This document shows, in pieces, positions 1 through 9,131 of a stretch of DNA of 64,000 nt. Where the stretch lies: positions 3,064 to 67,063 of the forward strand of contig CALVBH010000083.1 in assembly GCA_944325765.1 (NCBI GenBank), read 5' to 3'. A model generated the notes under the pieces. The model saw only the letters and a list, made by a program, of their open reading frames with translations. It did not search any database and had not been told where the DNA came from. Within the stretch, counting starts at the first letter, position 1. Each line of letters begins with the position of its first letter. Position numbers and translations under genes: made by a program. The DNA comes from an uncultured Bacteroidales bacterium. GTDB lineage: Bacteria > Bacteroidota > Bacteroidia > Bacteroidales > UBA932.

Positions 1-528
1 GTCGTAGAAGCGCAGACAGTAGTTCAGCAGCAACTCGATGTTGGAAACGATGAGTTTACGCGAATGCTTATCTATAGCATGCTGCAGTTCCTGCTTGATC
101 ATTGAGATCACTTCTCGGAAGATATTGACCTCGGCAGCGGACAGGTGTAATGCTTCGTTGCTCGTATAGTCGAAGAACTCGTATCGGGAGATGTTCTTGC
201 CAAGCTGGGTGCGGTTGAGCAGGTCGGAATGGAAAGCCAATACCGTATATTTGGCAAACGGAACTCCAGGAATGGGTTCCACTTTTATAGACTGTCCTGG
301 AGCAAACGAGGTTACGGTCATCTCGTCAAAATCATATTCTGTTCTGCCGTATGACAATTTGCAACCCTTATTTTCCTTCAGAAAGAGGGCATAAAGTCCG
401 TAGTGAAGCACAGCCTCCTGTATCGGAGAGGCGTTCTCTACACGCACAACACTTACCAGGGGATGAAGCGTTTTCACCCCTATGAAGTCGTTGAACTCCT
501 GTATGGTATTAAAGAAAAATTCCTTCAT
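1..528 (-). CDS. AraC family transcriptional regulator (5' part; continues past the window edge)
   Basis: Not in the ORF track. Manual translation from the ATG at 528 gives MKEFFFNTIQEFNDFIGVKTLHPLVSVV...LKENKGCKLSYGRTEYDFDEMTVTSFAPGQ, the typical N-terminus of Bacteroidetes AraC regulators. The frame runs to position 1. A TATCTTTG promoter lies at 558-565. Confidence 0.85.
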   Translation of the reverse strand, partial: MKEFFFNTIQEFNDFIGVKTLHPLVSVVRVENASPIQEAVLHYGLYALFLKENKGCKLSYGRTEYDFDEMTVTSFAPGQSIKVEPIPGVPFAKYTVLAFHSDLLNRTQLGKNISRYEFFDYTSNEALHLSAAEVNIFREVISMIKQELQHAIDKHSRKLIVSNIELLLNYCLRFYD

Positions 529-557
529 AATCCTATTCCTTTTAGATTTCTTGGGTG

Positions 558-565
558 CAAAGATA
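558..565 (-). promoter_or_regulatory. Bacteroidetes -7 promoter box TATCTTTG for the AraC gene
   Basis: Matches TAnnTTTG, 30 bp upstream of the ATG. Confidence 0.7.
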
Positions 566-627
566 CGCCCATTCTTCTAAAGAGCTTATACCTGGTTTCC
601 GGAAGATATTACCTTTATCGCAGTTTA

Positions 628-1161
628 TTATCCTTTGTACTTAAACACTTTAACCTTATCCTTGTCGCCTCCCACGAGCTGGCTGCATCTGTTCAGAATT
701 CCGGTATCAGAGAAACCGCATTTCTCCATGACTCTTCCTGAAGCAGGATTTCCTGTGAAGTGGTCTGCCCAAATGTTTTCGAAATGCTTCACTTGGATGC
801 AGTAGTCGAGCATCAGCTTCAAGGCTTCGGTGCAGATTCCTTTATTCCAAAAGGGCTTTCCTACCCAGTAGCCCACCTCGCAGTCGTTTTCCCCGATAGG
901 GATGTTGCTGGTTTCATAAGTGTAGTAGCCGATGCAACCGATAGCCTCGCCAGCCGCGGCTGGCGAGCCAGTCTCTTTCAATACAATCGCCCATGTCGTT
1001 TCATTATGGAAGTATGTCCGGATAATCTCCCTGCTCTCTTCTACAGACTTATGTGCCGGCCATCCTGCTCGTGGTCCTACGTCAGGGTCTGAGGCGTACT
1101 TGAAGAGCGCCACTGCATCAGATTCCTCCCAATAGCGAAGTAAAATTCTTTCTGTTTCCAT
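628..1161 (-). CDS. GNAT family N-acetyltransferase (RimJ/RimL type)
   Basis: METERILLRYW start, EVGYWVGKPFWNKGICTEAL acetyl-CoA motif, NPASGRVMEKCGF. Confidence 0.9.
   Translation of the reverse strand: METERILLRYWEESDAVALFKYASDPDVGPRAGWPAHKSVEESREIIRTYFHNETTWAIVLKETGSPAAAGEAIGCIGYYTYETSNIPIGENDCEVGYWVGKPFWNKGICTEALKLMLDYCIQVKHFENIWADHFTGNPASGRVMEKCGFSDTGILNRCSQLVGGDKDKVKVFKYKG
946..967. repeat. Perfect 22-bp palindrome CTCGCCAGCCGCGGCTGGCGAG inside the GNAT gene
   Basis: Self-reverse-complementary. GCCAG direct repeats at 949-953 and 967-971 give an 18-bp period. Confidence 0.9.
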
Positions 1162-1182
1162 TTCAATTAATATTCAGAAAAT

Positions 1183-1659
1183 TTATATCTGTCTTCTTAT
1201 GTATCGAGCCAGTCCGTAAACATATCTACGGCAAACAGGGAGATAATGGAGTAGGCGCTCAAACCATGCAAGATGCTTGTTGAATAGGCGAACCGTAACG
1301 CCTACATAGACCATGGCGAAGAGCGTTCCGATTCCCACAATCTCCCATTTCCATGAACCGAGAAGCAGGAAGCAGAACACGACGGCCAAGACCACGAGCG
1401 TGATGTCCACACGAATCTTGGCTTTAGGAAATGTCCAGCCGGTAACCTTGTGAATGGCGATGGAAATACCCTCGCCCGGCATGGTTACTGAGCCGCACTT
1501 CACCTCCATGGCTATTCCGAAACCGAGGATGGTGCAACCGGCTATCTGCACAAGGGCATTGATCAGAATGTTTTTTGAAACCATCCACTGTGTAAGCAGC
1601 ATGTTGAGGTCTATGAACAAAATTATCGTTGTTTTCAGTGTTAATTTATGTTTTCTCAT
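1183..1659 (-). pseudogene. 5'-truncated YczE/YitT-like (DUF6198-type) membrane protein
   Basis: Only the second half-repeat is present (GCTILGFGIAMEV...PGEG...KIRVDITLV...VGIGTLFAM). The first ~13 codons come from AT-rich sequence that looks non-coding. Confidence 0.6.
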
Positions 1660-1765
1660 GCTTTCATTTTGGGGTTTCTTGATTTTGTTGTTTCTAATTT
1701 GTTTCTTTCGTCATTTTGCTATCCCAATTAGTATTGATTATCAGTATATTACGAGCAATCAGTAA
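1620..1765 (-). mobile_element. Probable terminus of a Bacteroidales integrative element (integrase absent)
   Basis: Minus strand reads TTACTGATTGCTCGTAATATACTGATAATCAATA...GAAACAAATTAGAAAC, resembling (from memory) termini upstream of Bacteroidales tyrosine integrases. Low GC; flanked by two broken genes. Confidence 0.45.
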
Positions 1766-1864
1766 GATTTCAAGAAATACATCATCCTGCATAACCCTGA
1801 AGTCCTGAAATACATAAACCAGAAAGGCGAGATTGTCAATATCTACCACACGGAGAAGCAGTAG
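1766..1864 (+). pseudogene. 3' remnant of an interrupted gene (DFKKYIILHNPEVLKYINQKGEIVNIYHTEKQ*)
   Basis: A 33-codon frame with coding-like codon usage and no start codon, beginning exactly at the putative element junction. Confidence 0.4.
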
Positions 1865-1922
1865 ACACTCCTGTCGCCCTCATCCTCAATGCCTTGCATT
1901 GTACTGATTCTGACGCATCTTA

Positions 1923-1962
1923 AAGGGGCTGGGCCAAAACATCTATTTTGACCCAGCCCCTT
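1923..1962 (-). terminator. 17-bp stem hairpin downstream of pfk (terminator or IS-end-like palindrome)
   Basis: AAGGGGCTGGGCCAAAA-CATCTA-TTTTGACCCAGCCCCTT. The single mismatch is a G-U pair on the pfk strand. Confidence 0.7.
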
Positions 1963-1983
1963 CATTTATTGTCCGCAAGGATA

Positions 1984-3219
1984 TTACCAGTTAAGGATTT
2001 TGCGGAAATCGTAATCTTCCGGATTGCTTACGTAAGCTTTAGCAGCTTCGTAATCGTCTTCGGAGATATAATGCGCTATGTACTTGTAATAGTTCTGTGC
2101 AGTACCGGAATTGATATCCACTACGCGAGGAGGGATTTTCCCGGTCTTCGGATCCTGAAGATCGGCGAGATAGAGGGGCGATACGTTTCCGTATGCGTCC
2201 ACGTATACCATACATCCGGTCTTACCCTCGCTGTAGAGCTGGTAAACACCCATAGCAAGTTCGGTGCAGTACGTGAGGTCGTATGCTACAGGATCCTGGC
2301 AGCGGACGTCATATCCGATTTCCACCGGACGGGTCTTCACTTTCAGACCGATTTTCTTCAGTTCCTTCTCCAGAAGATCGTTGAAAAGCACTGCCTTGGA
2401 TATTTTGCCGAGTTCCGGATGTCCGTGCTCGTCGTAAGTAAAGTGAACGCCGGCATCGGCAGCTTCCTTGGCTACGCCTTCATCGTGGAAAAGACCTTCG
2501 GCAGCCACTACGGTACCGTAGTTTACACCCATAATTTTCCTTTTCAGGATTGCGGAAATCGTCAGCCTGATGATTTTGTCAAGGCTGATGTCAGTCTTGT
2601 TGAACATTTCAGGGATTATGGTCATCGGACAGTGCGTGGCTTCACCTATACCAAGGGCGAGGCTTCCGCAAGTACGTCCCATAGCCGAAATCAGCAGCCA
2701 GTTTCCGGATGTGCGTGCATCCTCGTAAATGGTCCTTGCAAGATGTGCCCCTTCATTCTTGGCTGAATTATATCCGAATGTCGGAGTATTGTTCGGAAGA
2801 GGGAGGTCATTGTCTATCGTCTTAGGACAATGGATATTGGCGATATGATAATTCTTCGCCGCAAGGAACTTGGATATCCTGTTGGCTGTGGAAGCCGTGT
2901 CATCGCCGCCGATTGTCACGAGCAGCTTTATGTTGTTGTCCTTGAAGAGGTCGAGATTGAAGTTCTCCTCGAAATCCTTGTCGGTAGGTTTGAAACGGCT
3001 CATCTCCAGGTACGAGCCTCCCCTGTTGAAATACCTGTCGGCCTTGAAGAAATCAAGTTCTTCGGTGCGGGCGTTCTTGCTGAAAAGGCCTGAATAACCG
3101 CCGTGAAGACCTATTACACGGAAACCTTTGGCAAGGAATGTCTTGGCTACACTCATGGAAACTGAATTCATTCCAGGAGCAGGACCGCCCCCGCAAAGGA
3201 TAATTACTGCATCTTTCAT
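1984..3219 (-). CDS. pfp: 6-phosphofructokinase, pyrophosphate-dependent type
   Basis: GGGPAPGMN, GGDDT and PKTIDND (the Asp/Lys signature of PPi-PFK), MGR, GYDVR. Start moved to the ATG at 3219. Confidence 0.92.
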   Translation of the reverse strand: MKDAVIILCGGGPAPGMNSVSMSVAKTFLAKGFRVIGLHGGYSGLFSKNARTEELDFFKADRYFNRGGSYLEMSRFKPTDKDFEENFNLDLFKDNNIKLLVTIGGDDTASTANRISKFLAAKNYHIANIHCPKTIDNDLPLPNNTPTFGYNSAKNEGAHLARTIYEDARTSGNWLLISAMGRTCGSLALGIGEATHCPMTIIPEMFNKTDISLDKIIRLTISAILKRKIMGVNYGTVVAAEGLFHDEGVAKEAADAGVHFTYDEHGHPELGKISKAVLFNDLLEKELKKIGLKVKTRPVEIGYDVRCQDPVAYDLTYCTELAMGVYQLYSEGKTGCMVYVDAYGNVSPLYLADLQDPKTGKIPPRVVDINSGTAQNYYKYIAHYISEDDYEAAKAYVSNPEDYDFRKILNW

Positions 3220-3253
3220 AATCAATATCAATTAATAATACTTGAATAAACCT

Positions 3254-3327
3254 TCCGTTTTTCACACCGGCAGTCCGCGTTACACGGATCCGGATATGCA
3301 TACTGTTTCCCAGTAAGGTCAAACGGA
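3254..3327 (-). ncRNA. Candidate structured 5' leader RNA of pfk
   Basis: Three-stem fold by hand: UCCGUUU/AAACGGA, UACUG-GGAAA-CAGUA, and CAUAUCCGG/CCGGUGUG with UCCGUG/CGCGGA. Begins just after the promoter. Confidence 0.5.
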
Positions 3328-3329
3328 TG

Positions 3330-3337
3330 CAAAATTA
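3330..3337 (-). promoter_or_regulatory. -7 promoter box TAATTTTG for pfk
   Basis: TAnnTTTG consensus in the divergent pfk/ligA intergenic region. Confidence 0.7.
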
Positions 3338-3395
3338 TCTAATTTCACCAAAAAAACCACGAAAAAATAGTATTTTTGTAGTTTGCATAACATGA

Positions 3396-5507
3396 ATGAT
3401 GGCAACAAACGATATTGACAATATAAAGAAGAGGGTCGACGAACTGAGGAAAGTCATTTCGGAGCACAACAGGCGCTATTACGTGGAAAACGCCCCGACA
3501 ATCAGCGACTACGATTTCGATATGCTGATGAACGAGCTTGCCGCGCTGGAAAACGCCCACCCCGAACTGAGCACTCCCGACTCCCCTACCAGAAAAGTAG
3601 GAAGCGACCTGGAATCGGACAGTCTCTTTCCGGACAGGGACCGGACAGGGACGGCTGCCCCTGACGAAACCCGCCGCGAATTTCTCCAGTATCCGCACAG
3701 ATATCCGATGCTTTCCCTCGGGAATACGTACAACATCGAAGAAGTCGAAGCTTTCGCGGAACGCTCGGGAAAAGCCCTCGGCAGGGCCTTTACATTCTGC
3801 TGCGAGTTGAAATTCGACGGAACCGCCATCTGTCTTACATACGTAAAAGGCAGACTTTTCCGGGCACTGACCCGCGGCGACGGAACGGTGGGAGACGATG
3901 TCACGGAAAACGTGAGGCACATTCCGTCCATCCCTCAGGAACTGAAAGGGAGCGGCTATCCGGAAGAATTCGAGATCCGCGGCGAAATATATATGCCCTA
4001 CGCAGCTTTCGACAGGCTGAACGAAGAACGGCTCCGGGACGAGGACCAGCCTTTCGCCAATCCGCGCAATGCCGCCTCCGGTTCGCTCAAACTCATAAAT
4101 CCACGGGAAGTGTCACACAGGGGGCTCGAATGCACCCTTTATCATATCCTCGGGGAAAATCTGACATTCGCCACGCACGACGAGGCCCTGAAATCCGCAG
4201 TATCCTGGGGGCTTCCCGTTTCGGACAAGAGGAAAATATGCCGGAACATCGCCGAAATAGAAGAATATATCGGATACTGGGACACGGCACGGAAGTCCCT
4301 GCCGTTCGCCACGGACGGAATCGTCATAAAAATCAACGAACTCGCATACCAGAAGGAACTCGGATATACTGCCAAATTCCCCCGCTGGGCCGTCGCGTAC
4401 AAGTTCAAGGCCGAACAGGCTCTGACCAGACTGCTGTCCATCGACTACCAGGTAGGCCGGACAGGTGCCGTGACCCCTGTCGCGAATCTACAGCCGGTAC
4501 TTCTTTCAGGGACGATGGTCAAAAGGGCCTCACTTCACAATGCGGAACAGATGCAGCTCCTCGACATTCATCTCGGAGACTGGGTATATGTGGAAAAAGG
4601 CGGTGAAATCATCCCGAAAATTACGGGCGTGGAACCGGGGAAACGGGAACCCGGTGCAGAAATCCCAGTCTTTCCGGACAAATGTCCTGACTGCCGGACC
4701 CCGCTGGTCAGGGACGAAGGCGAGGCGAAATACTTCTGCCCGAACACTGACGGCTGCCCTACCCAGATCAAGGGGAAACTCGTGCATTTCATCAGCCGCA
4801 AGGCCATGAATGTCATAGCCGGAGATGCCACGATAGAACAGCTGTTCAATCTCGGCTATGTGAAAAGACCGTCGGACTTCTACCGTCTGACGAAAGCGCA
4901 GCTTCTCGCTCTCGAAGGCTGGAAAGACAGGTCGGCCCAGCGTTTCCTCGACAGCCTCGAAGCCTCGAAAAAGACACCGTTCGAACATGTGCTTTTCGCT
5001 TTGGGCATAAGATATGTCGGAGAAACCACGGCCAAATCCCTCGCAAGACATTTCGGAAGCATCGATGCCCTTATGGCAGCCGACAGGGAAACACTTCTCG
5101 CTGTAGAAGACATAGGCGATGTCATAGCGGACAGTATCCTCGACTGGTTCGGACAGCCCGGGCATACGGAAGAAATAGACAGGCTGAAGGAATCCGGTCT
5201 CAAATTCACTGCAGAAGAGGCAAACGCGCCGCTGTCATCGCTTTTAGAGGGGAAAAGCATAGTCATTTCCGGGAATTTCAGTGTTCCGCGGGATAAAATC
5301 AAGGAACTGATAACCGCCAACGGAGGCAAGAACAGTTCATCCGTCAGTTCCAGGACTTCATACCTGCTCGCCGGCGAAAAGCCCGGACCGGAAAAGATGA
5401 AAAAAGCTGAAGCGCTCGGGGTTCCGGTCATAGACGAGGATGAATTCCGCAGGCTCATCTCTGTTCCGCCGGAACAGGAAAAGGCCGGAGAGCCGACATT
5501 GTTTTAG
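3396..5507 (+). CDS. ligA: NAD-dependent DNA ligase
   Basis: ELKFDG adenylation motif, TRGDG, NPRNAASGSL, PRWAVAYKF, C4 zinc finger, HhH repeats, C-terminal BRCT domain. Confidence 0.98.
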   Translation: MMATNDIDNIKKRVDELRKVISEHNRRYYVENAPTISDYDFDMLMNELAALENAHPELSTPDSPTRKVGSDLESDSLFPDRDRTGTAAPDETRREFLQYPHRYPMLSLGNTYNIEEVEAFAERSGKALGRAFTFCCELKFDGTAICLTYVKGRLFRALTRGDGTVGDDVTENVRHIPSIPQELKGSGYPEEFEIRGEIYMPYAAFDRLNEERLRDEDQPFANPRNAASGSLKLINPREVSHRGLECTLYHILGENLTFATHDEALKSAVSWGLPVSDKRKICRNIAEIEEYIGYWDTARKSLPFATDGIVIKINELAYQKELGYTAKFPRWAVAYKFKAEQALTRLLSIDYQVGRTGAVTPVANLQPVLLSGTMVKRASLHNAEQMQLLDIHLGDWVYVEKGGEIIPKITGVEPGKREPGAEIPVFPDKCPDCRTPLVRDEGEAKYFCPNTDGCPTQIKGKLVHFISRKAMNVIAGDATIEQLFNLGYVKRPSDFYRLTKAQLLALEGWKDRSAQRFLDSLEASKKTPFEHVLFALGIRYVGETTAKSLARHFGSIDALMAADRETLLAVEDIGDVIADSILDWFGQPGHTEEIDRLKESGLKFTAEEANAPLSSLLEGKSIVISGNFSVPRDKIKELITANGGKNSSSVSSRTSYLLAGEKPGPEKMKKAEALGVPVIDEDEFRRLISVPPEQEKAGEPTLF

Positions 5508-5559
5508 ACCGAAACGGCATTGCCGGAAAATATCATTGTCATAATCATATAAAAGGAAA

Positions 5560-5925
5560 ATGAACACAGGGGACACATACAGATTGGAGCACACGGTGCT
5601 CGAAAGGGAGACGGCAGACAAAATCGGCTCCGGAGGGCTTCCCGTCTACTCGACGCCTTCTATGATAGAACTTATGGAAAGGACAGCGTTCGCACTGGCC
5701 AAAGCCGGGAATGCGGATACGGTGGGGACGAAGGTCGATGTCGCGCACCTGCGTGCCTGTCTTGCGGGAACGGCACTGGTATCTACGGCCGAACTGACCG
5801 GAATCGACGGCAGAAGGCTGGTATTCAGGGTCGAGGTGGAAGACGGCGAAGGCGTCATAGGCAGCGGCACGCATGAAAGATTCATTATTGACCCGGAAAG
5901 GTTTATGTCGAAACTCGGAAAGTAA
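5560..5925 (+). CDS. Hotdog-fold thioesterase (fluoroacetyl-CoA thioesterase-like)
   Basis: GSGGLPVYSTPSMIELME, TVGTKVDVAHL (Thr/Glu/His triad), GTHERFII. Confidence 0.85.
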   Translation: MNTGDTYRLEHTVLERETADKIGSGGLPVYSTPSMIELMERTAFALAKAGNADTVGTKVDVAHLRACLAGTALVSTAELTGIDGRRLVFRVEVEDGEGVIGSGTHERFIIDPERFMSKLGK

Positions 5926-5942
5926 GTGGAGAGAACGGACTG

Positions 5943-6866
5943 ATGGGAAAACTGACGGACATATTCAGGCGGGTGAAACGCTTCGTTACGGAAGATATCT
6001 GGAATCTGGATATCGAAGACTTTTCGCGTGCGAAGGCCCGCTCGATAAAGTACCTGAAAGTCCTGATTATCACCATCAAGACCTTCTCGGCTGAAAGAAT
6101 AGGCTTCCAGGCTACCGCGCTGAGTTTTTTCGGGACCATGTCGATGGTGCCATTCATCGCCATAGTCTTCGCCATAACGGGCGGGCTCGGACTCGCGGAC
6201 AAACTCGAAGCCCTGCTCTATTCCTACTTCGAGAATTCCCAGGAGACCATAAACATGGTGTTGGGCTTCGCCGACAATATCATTTCGACGGCCCAGTCGA
6301 GCGGGATGGGACTGGTCAGCGCCCTGGTTTTCGTCTGGCTGGTTTTCTGGATGATGATTTCGGTGGAAAGGGTCTTCAACAACGTATGGAGGGTCCGGAA
6401 ATCCAGGAACCTTTTCAAGCGGATTTCATTCTACATAACGATTCTGCTGATTTCGCCGTTCGTGATTTTCCTGTTTTTCTCGGGTTCGATGGTGTACACG
6501 AACCTGCTTAAGGGTGTCGGACTGGATGTGGAGTATTTCGAGTCGCTGACTTCGATTATAGCCTGGCTGCTGTTCTACATCCTGGCCACACTGACATTTT
6601 CAGCGATGTACAAGTTCATCCCTAACCACAGGGTCATATATTCCAGCGCATTGAGGGCGGCGTCCATTTCCGCGCTGGCCTTTACCGTGCTGCAGTACCT
6701 GTACCTGGAAACGCAGCTGTTCGTCACGAGACTGAATACAGTCTACGGAGCTGTGGCGGCCATCCCGCTTTTCATGGTATGGATGAATATCGGATGGTTC
6801 ATCATCCTTTTCGGGGCCGAACTCTCGTATGCCTACCAGAATGTGGACAATTACAACATTGAATAA
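5943..6866 (+). CDS. YihY/virulence factor BrkB family membrane protein
   Basis: ATALSFFGTMSMVP, ERVFNNVW, YKFIPN, VYGAVAAIPLFMVW...ILFGAE. Confidence 0.9.
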   Translation: MGKLTDIFRRVKRFVTEDIWNLDIEDFSRAKARSIKYLKVLIITIKTFSAERIGFQATALSFFGTMSMVPFIAIVFAITGGLGLADKLEALLYSYFENSQETINMVLGFADNIISTAQSSGMGLVSALVFVWLVFWMMISVERVFNNVWRVRKSRNLFKRISFYITILLISPFVIFLFFSGSMVYTNLLKGVGLDVEYFESLTSIIAWLLFYILATLTFSAMYKFIPNHRVIYSSALRAASISALAFTVLQYLYLETQLFVTRLNTVYGAVAAIPLFMVWMNIGWFIILFGAELSYAYQNVDNYNIE

Positions 6867-6879
6867 AACCAAGAAAGAT

Positions 6880-9105
6880 ATGCCTGTATCCGAATTTACC
6901 AAAGACGACTTCGACATTATCGCCCGCGACTACGCCGACCTCAAGGAGGCGGCCAGGAAACGCTGCGCCAACCAGAAGGAACTCGACGTGGTGCAGAAAG
7001 CGTTCGACTTCGCCAATGAAGCCCACAAGGGTGTCAGAAGGCGTTCCGGCGAGCCCTACATACTCCATCCAATCGCAGTCGCGAAAATCGTCGTCAGCAA
7101 CATAGGACTCGGCTACAAGTCCATCGCGGCGGCCCTGCTGCACGATGTGGTGGAAGATACGGAATACACGGTCGAAGATATCAGCAACCTGTTCGGGGAA
7201 AAGATAGCGTCACTCGTGGAAGGTCTGACGAAAATCAAGACAGTACTCGACAACGAGGACAAGGCCGAGAAGAAAAGCCTTCAGGCCGAGAACTTCAAGC
7301 GGATACTCCTCACGCTCAACGACGATGTGCGGGTGGTGCTGATAAAGCTCGCCGACAGGCTGCACAACTGCAGGACCATCGAATTTATGCCGGAATACAA
7401 GAGGGACAAGATACTCTCGGAGACGATGTTCATCTTCATACCGCTCGCCCACAGGCTCGGTCTCTACGAGGTGAAGTCGGAAATGGAGGACATATGGCTC
7501 AGATACAAGGAACCTGAGGCATTCAACGAAATCACCGAAAAGATAAACCGGAACATCTCCGACAAGGAAAAGGAAATAGACGATTTCATAAAGCCGATAG
7601 ACGAGGCTCTGCACCGCGCGGGCTTCGAATTCGAAATCAGGAAAAGGGTAAAGACCCCGTACTCCATCTGGCACAAAATCGTGACCAAGGGCATTACCTT
7701 CGAACAGATATACGACCTGTATGCCGTGCGGATAATATTCAATCCGGGTCCGAACTGTACCAAGGATATGGAAAGAGACCAGTGCTACCACGTATTCTCC
7801 ATCATCACCGGCATATACAAATACAAGAGCGACAGGATAAGGGACTGGGTCAAGCATCCCAAGAACAACGGGTACGAGGCTCTCCACTGCACCCTGATGA
7901 GCCATTCCGGCATCTGGATAGAAGTCCAGATACGCAGCCAGAGGATGAACGACATCGCAGAGAAAGGCATCGCGGCGCACTGGGCCTACAAGAAGGACGG
8001 TTTCGTCAGCGAGAACGAGAGCGAGATGGACAAATGGATAAGCAAGGTCAAGGAAATCATAGTGAATCCGGACGTGAATGCACTGGAACTCCTGGACATC
8101 ATCCACAACGACCTCACCACTACGGACATCTTCGTCTTTACCCCGAAAGGAGAGCAGAAAAGCATACAGAAGGGAGCCACGGCGCTCGACTTCGCATATA
8201 TGATCCACACCGAAATAGGGAACAAGGCCATCGCAGCCAAGGTGAACATGAAACTTGTGCCGCTGACATACGTTCTGAAACCTGGCGACCAGGTGGAAAT
8301 CATCACCGCGGAGAACGAAAAGCCCAAAAGGGCATGGCTCCAGTTCCTGGTTACGAGAAAGGCGAAAAACATCGTCATCGACTATTTCAAGGGAGAACGT
8401 CAGGAAAGCATCAGGGTCGGCAGGAAAATGCTCGAAGAACAGCTCTCCGCACTGGGCCTGAAAATGTCGGACAAGGTGATAGCCAGACTTTTAGAGGGCT
8501 ATGAAATCTTCGATGGCGACAGGGACGAACTCTTTTTCAGAATCGGAGCCGGCATCCTGAAGCTCGGAAATCTCGAACAGATAGCCCGCAAGGAAGAAGA
8601 CCGGCAGGGAAAATGGTCATTCCCGTGGTTCAAGAGCAAGGACAGAAAAGACAGCAAATATGTCATCAACGACCAGGGCGACGGCTCATACAAATACATC
8701 ATAGCCAACTGCTGCAACCCGATTCCGGGCGATCCGGTCGTGGGTTTCCTGGCCTCGGACGGTACGATAACCGTACACAAGAAATCCTGCAGCATAGCCA
8801 ACAGCATTGCCGCTAAGCATGGCGACAGGATAGTCAAGACACAGTGGGAACAGGACGTGGACCAGTCATTCCTCGTGCGGCTTTCCCTGAAAGGCTATGA
8901 CAGAATCGGCATCATAAACGAAATCTCGCGCTACATTTCCTTGGTGATGAACGTGAACATGAGGAGAATATACCTGAATACCGAAGATGAGGTATTTGAC
9001 GGATACATCGACCTTTACGTTCACGACAAGGATGACCTGGAGCGTTTGGTGCGAAGACTGAACAAAATAGAAGGTGTACAGAGTGTGGTGAGAACCGACC
9101 TGTAG
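6880..9105 (+). CDS. relA: Bifunctional (p)ppGpp synthetase/hydrolase, RelA/SpoT family
   Basis: RRSGEPYILHP, LHDVVED (HD), KLADRLHN, PKNNGYEALH, EVQIRS, TGS, CC and ACT domains. Start set at ATG 6880. Confidence 0.96.
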   Translation: MPVSEFTKDDFDIIARDYADLKEAARKRCANQKELDVVQKAFDFANEAHKGVRRRSGEPYILHPIAVAKIVVSNIGLGYKSIAAALLHDVVEDTEYTVEDISNLFGEKIASLVEGLTKIKTVLDNEDKAEKKSLQAENFKRILLTLNDDVRVVLIKLADRLHNCRTIEFMPEYKRDKILSETMFIFIPLAHRLGLYEVKSEMEDIWLRYKEPEAFNEITEKINRNISDKEKEIDDFIKPIDEALHRAGFEFEIRKRVKTPYSIWHKIVTKGITFEQIYDLYAVRIIFNPGPNCTKDMERDQCYHVFSIITGIYKYKSDRIRDWVKHPKNNGYEALHCTLMSHSGIWIEVQIRSQRMNDIAEKGIAAHWAYKKDGFVSENESEMDKWISKVKEIIVNPDVNALELLDIIHNDLTTTDIFVFTPKGEQKSIQKGATALDFAYMIHTEIGNKAIAAKVNMKLVPLTYVLKPGDQVEIITAENEKPKRAWLQFLVTRKAKNIVIDYFKGERQESIRVGRKMLEEQLSALGLKMSDKVIARLLEGYEIFDGDRDELFFRIGAGILKLGNLEQIARKEEDRQGKWSFPWFKSKDRKDSKYVINDQGDGSYKYIIANCCNPIPGDPVVGFLASDGTITVHKKSCSIANSIAAKHGDRIVKTQWEQDVDQSFLVRLSLKGYDRIGIINEISRYISLVMNVNMRRIYLNTEDEVFDGYIDLYVHDKDDLERLVRRLNKIEGVQSVVRTDL

Positions 9106-9131
9106 CCGGATTTGCGATAAACAGACAGAAA

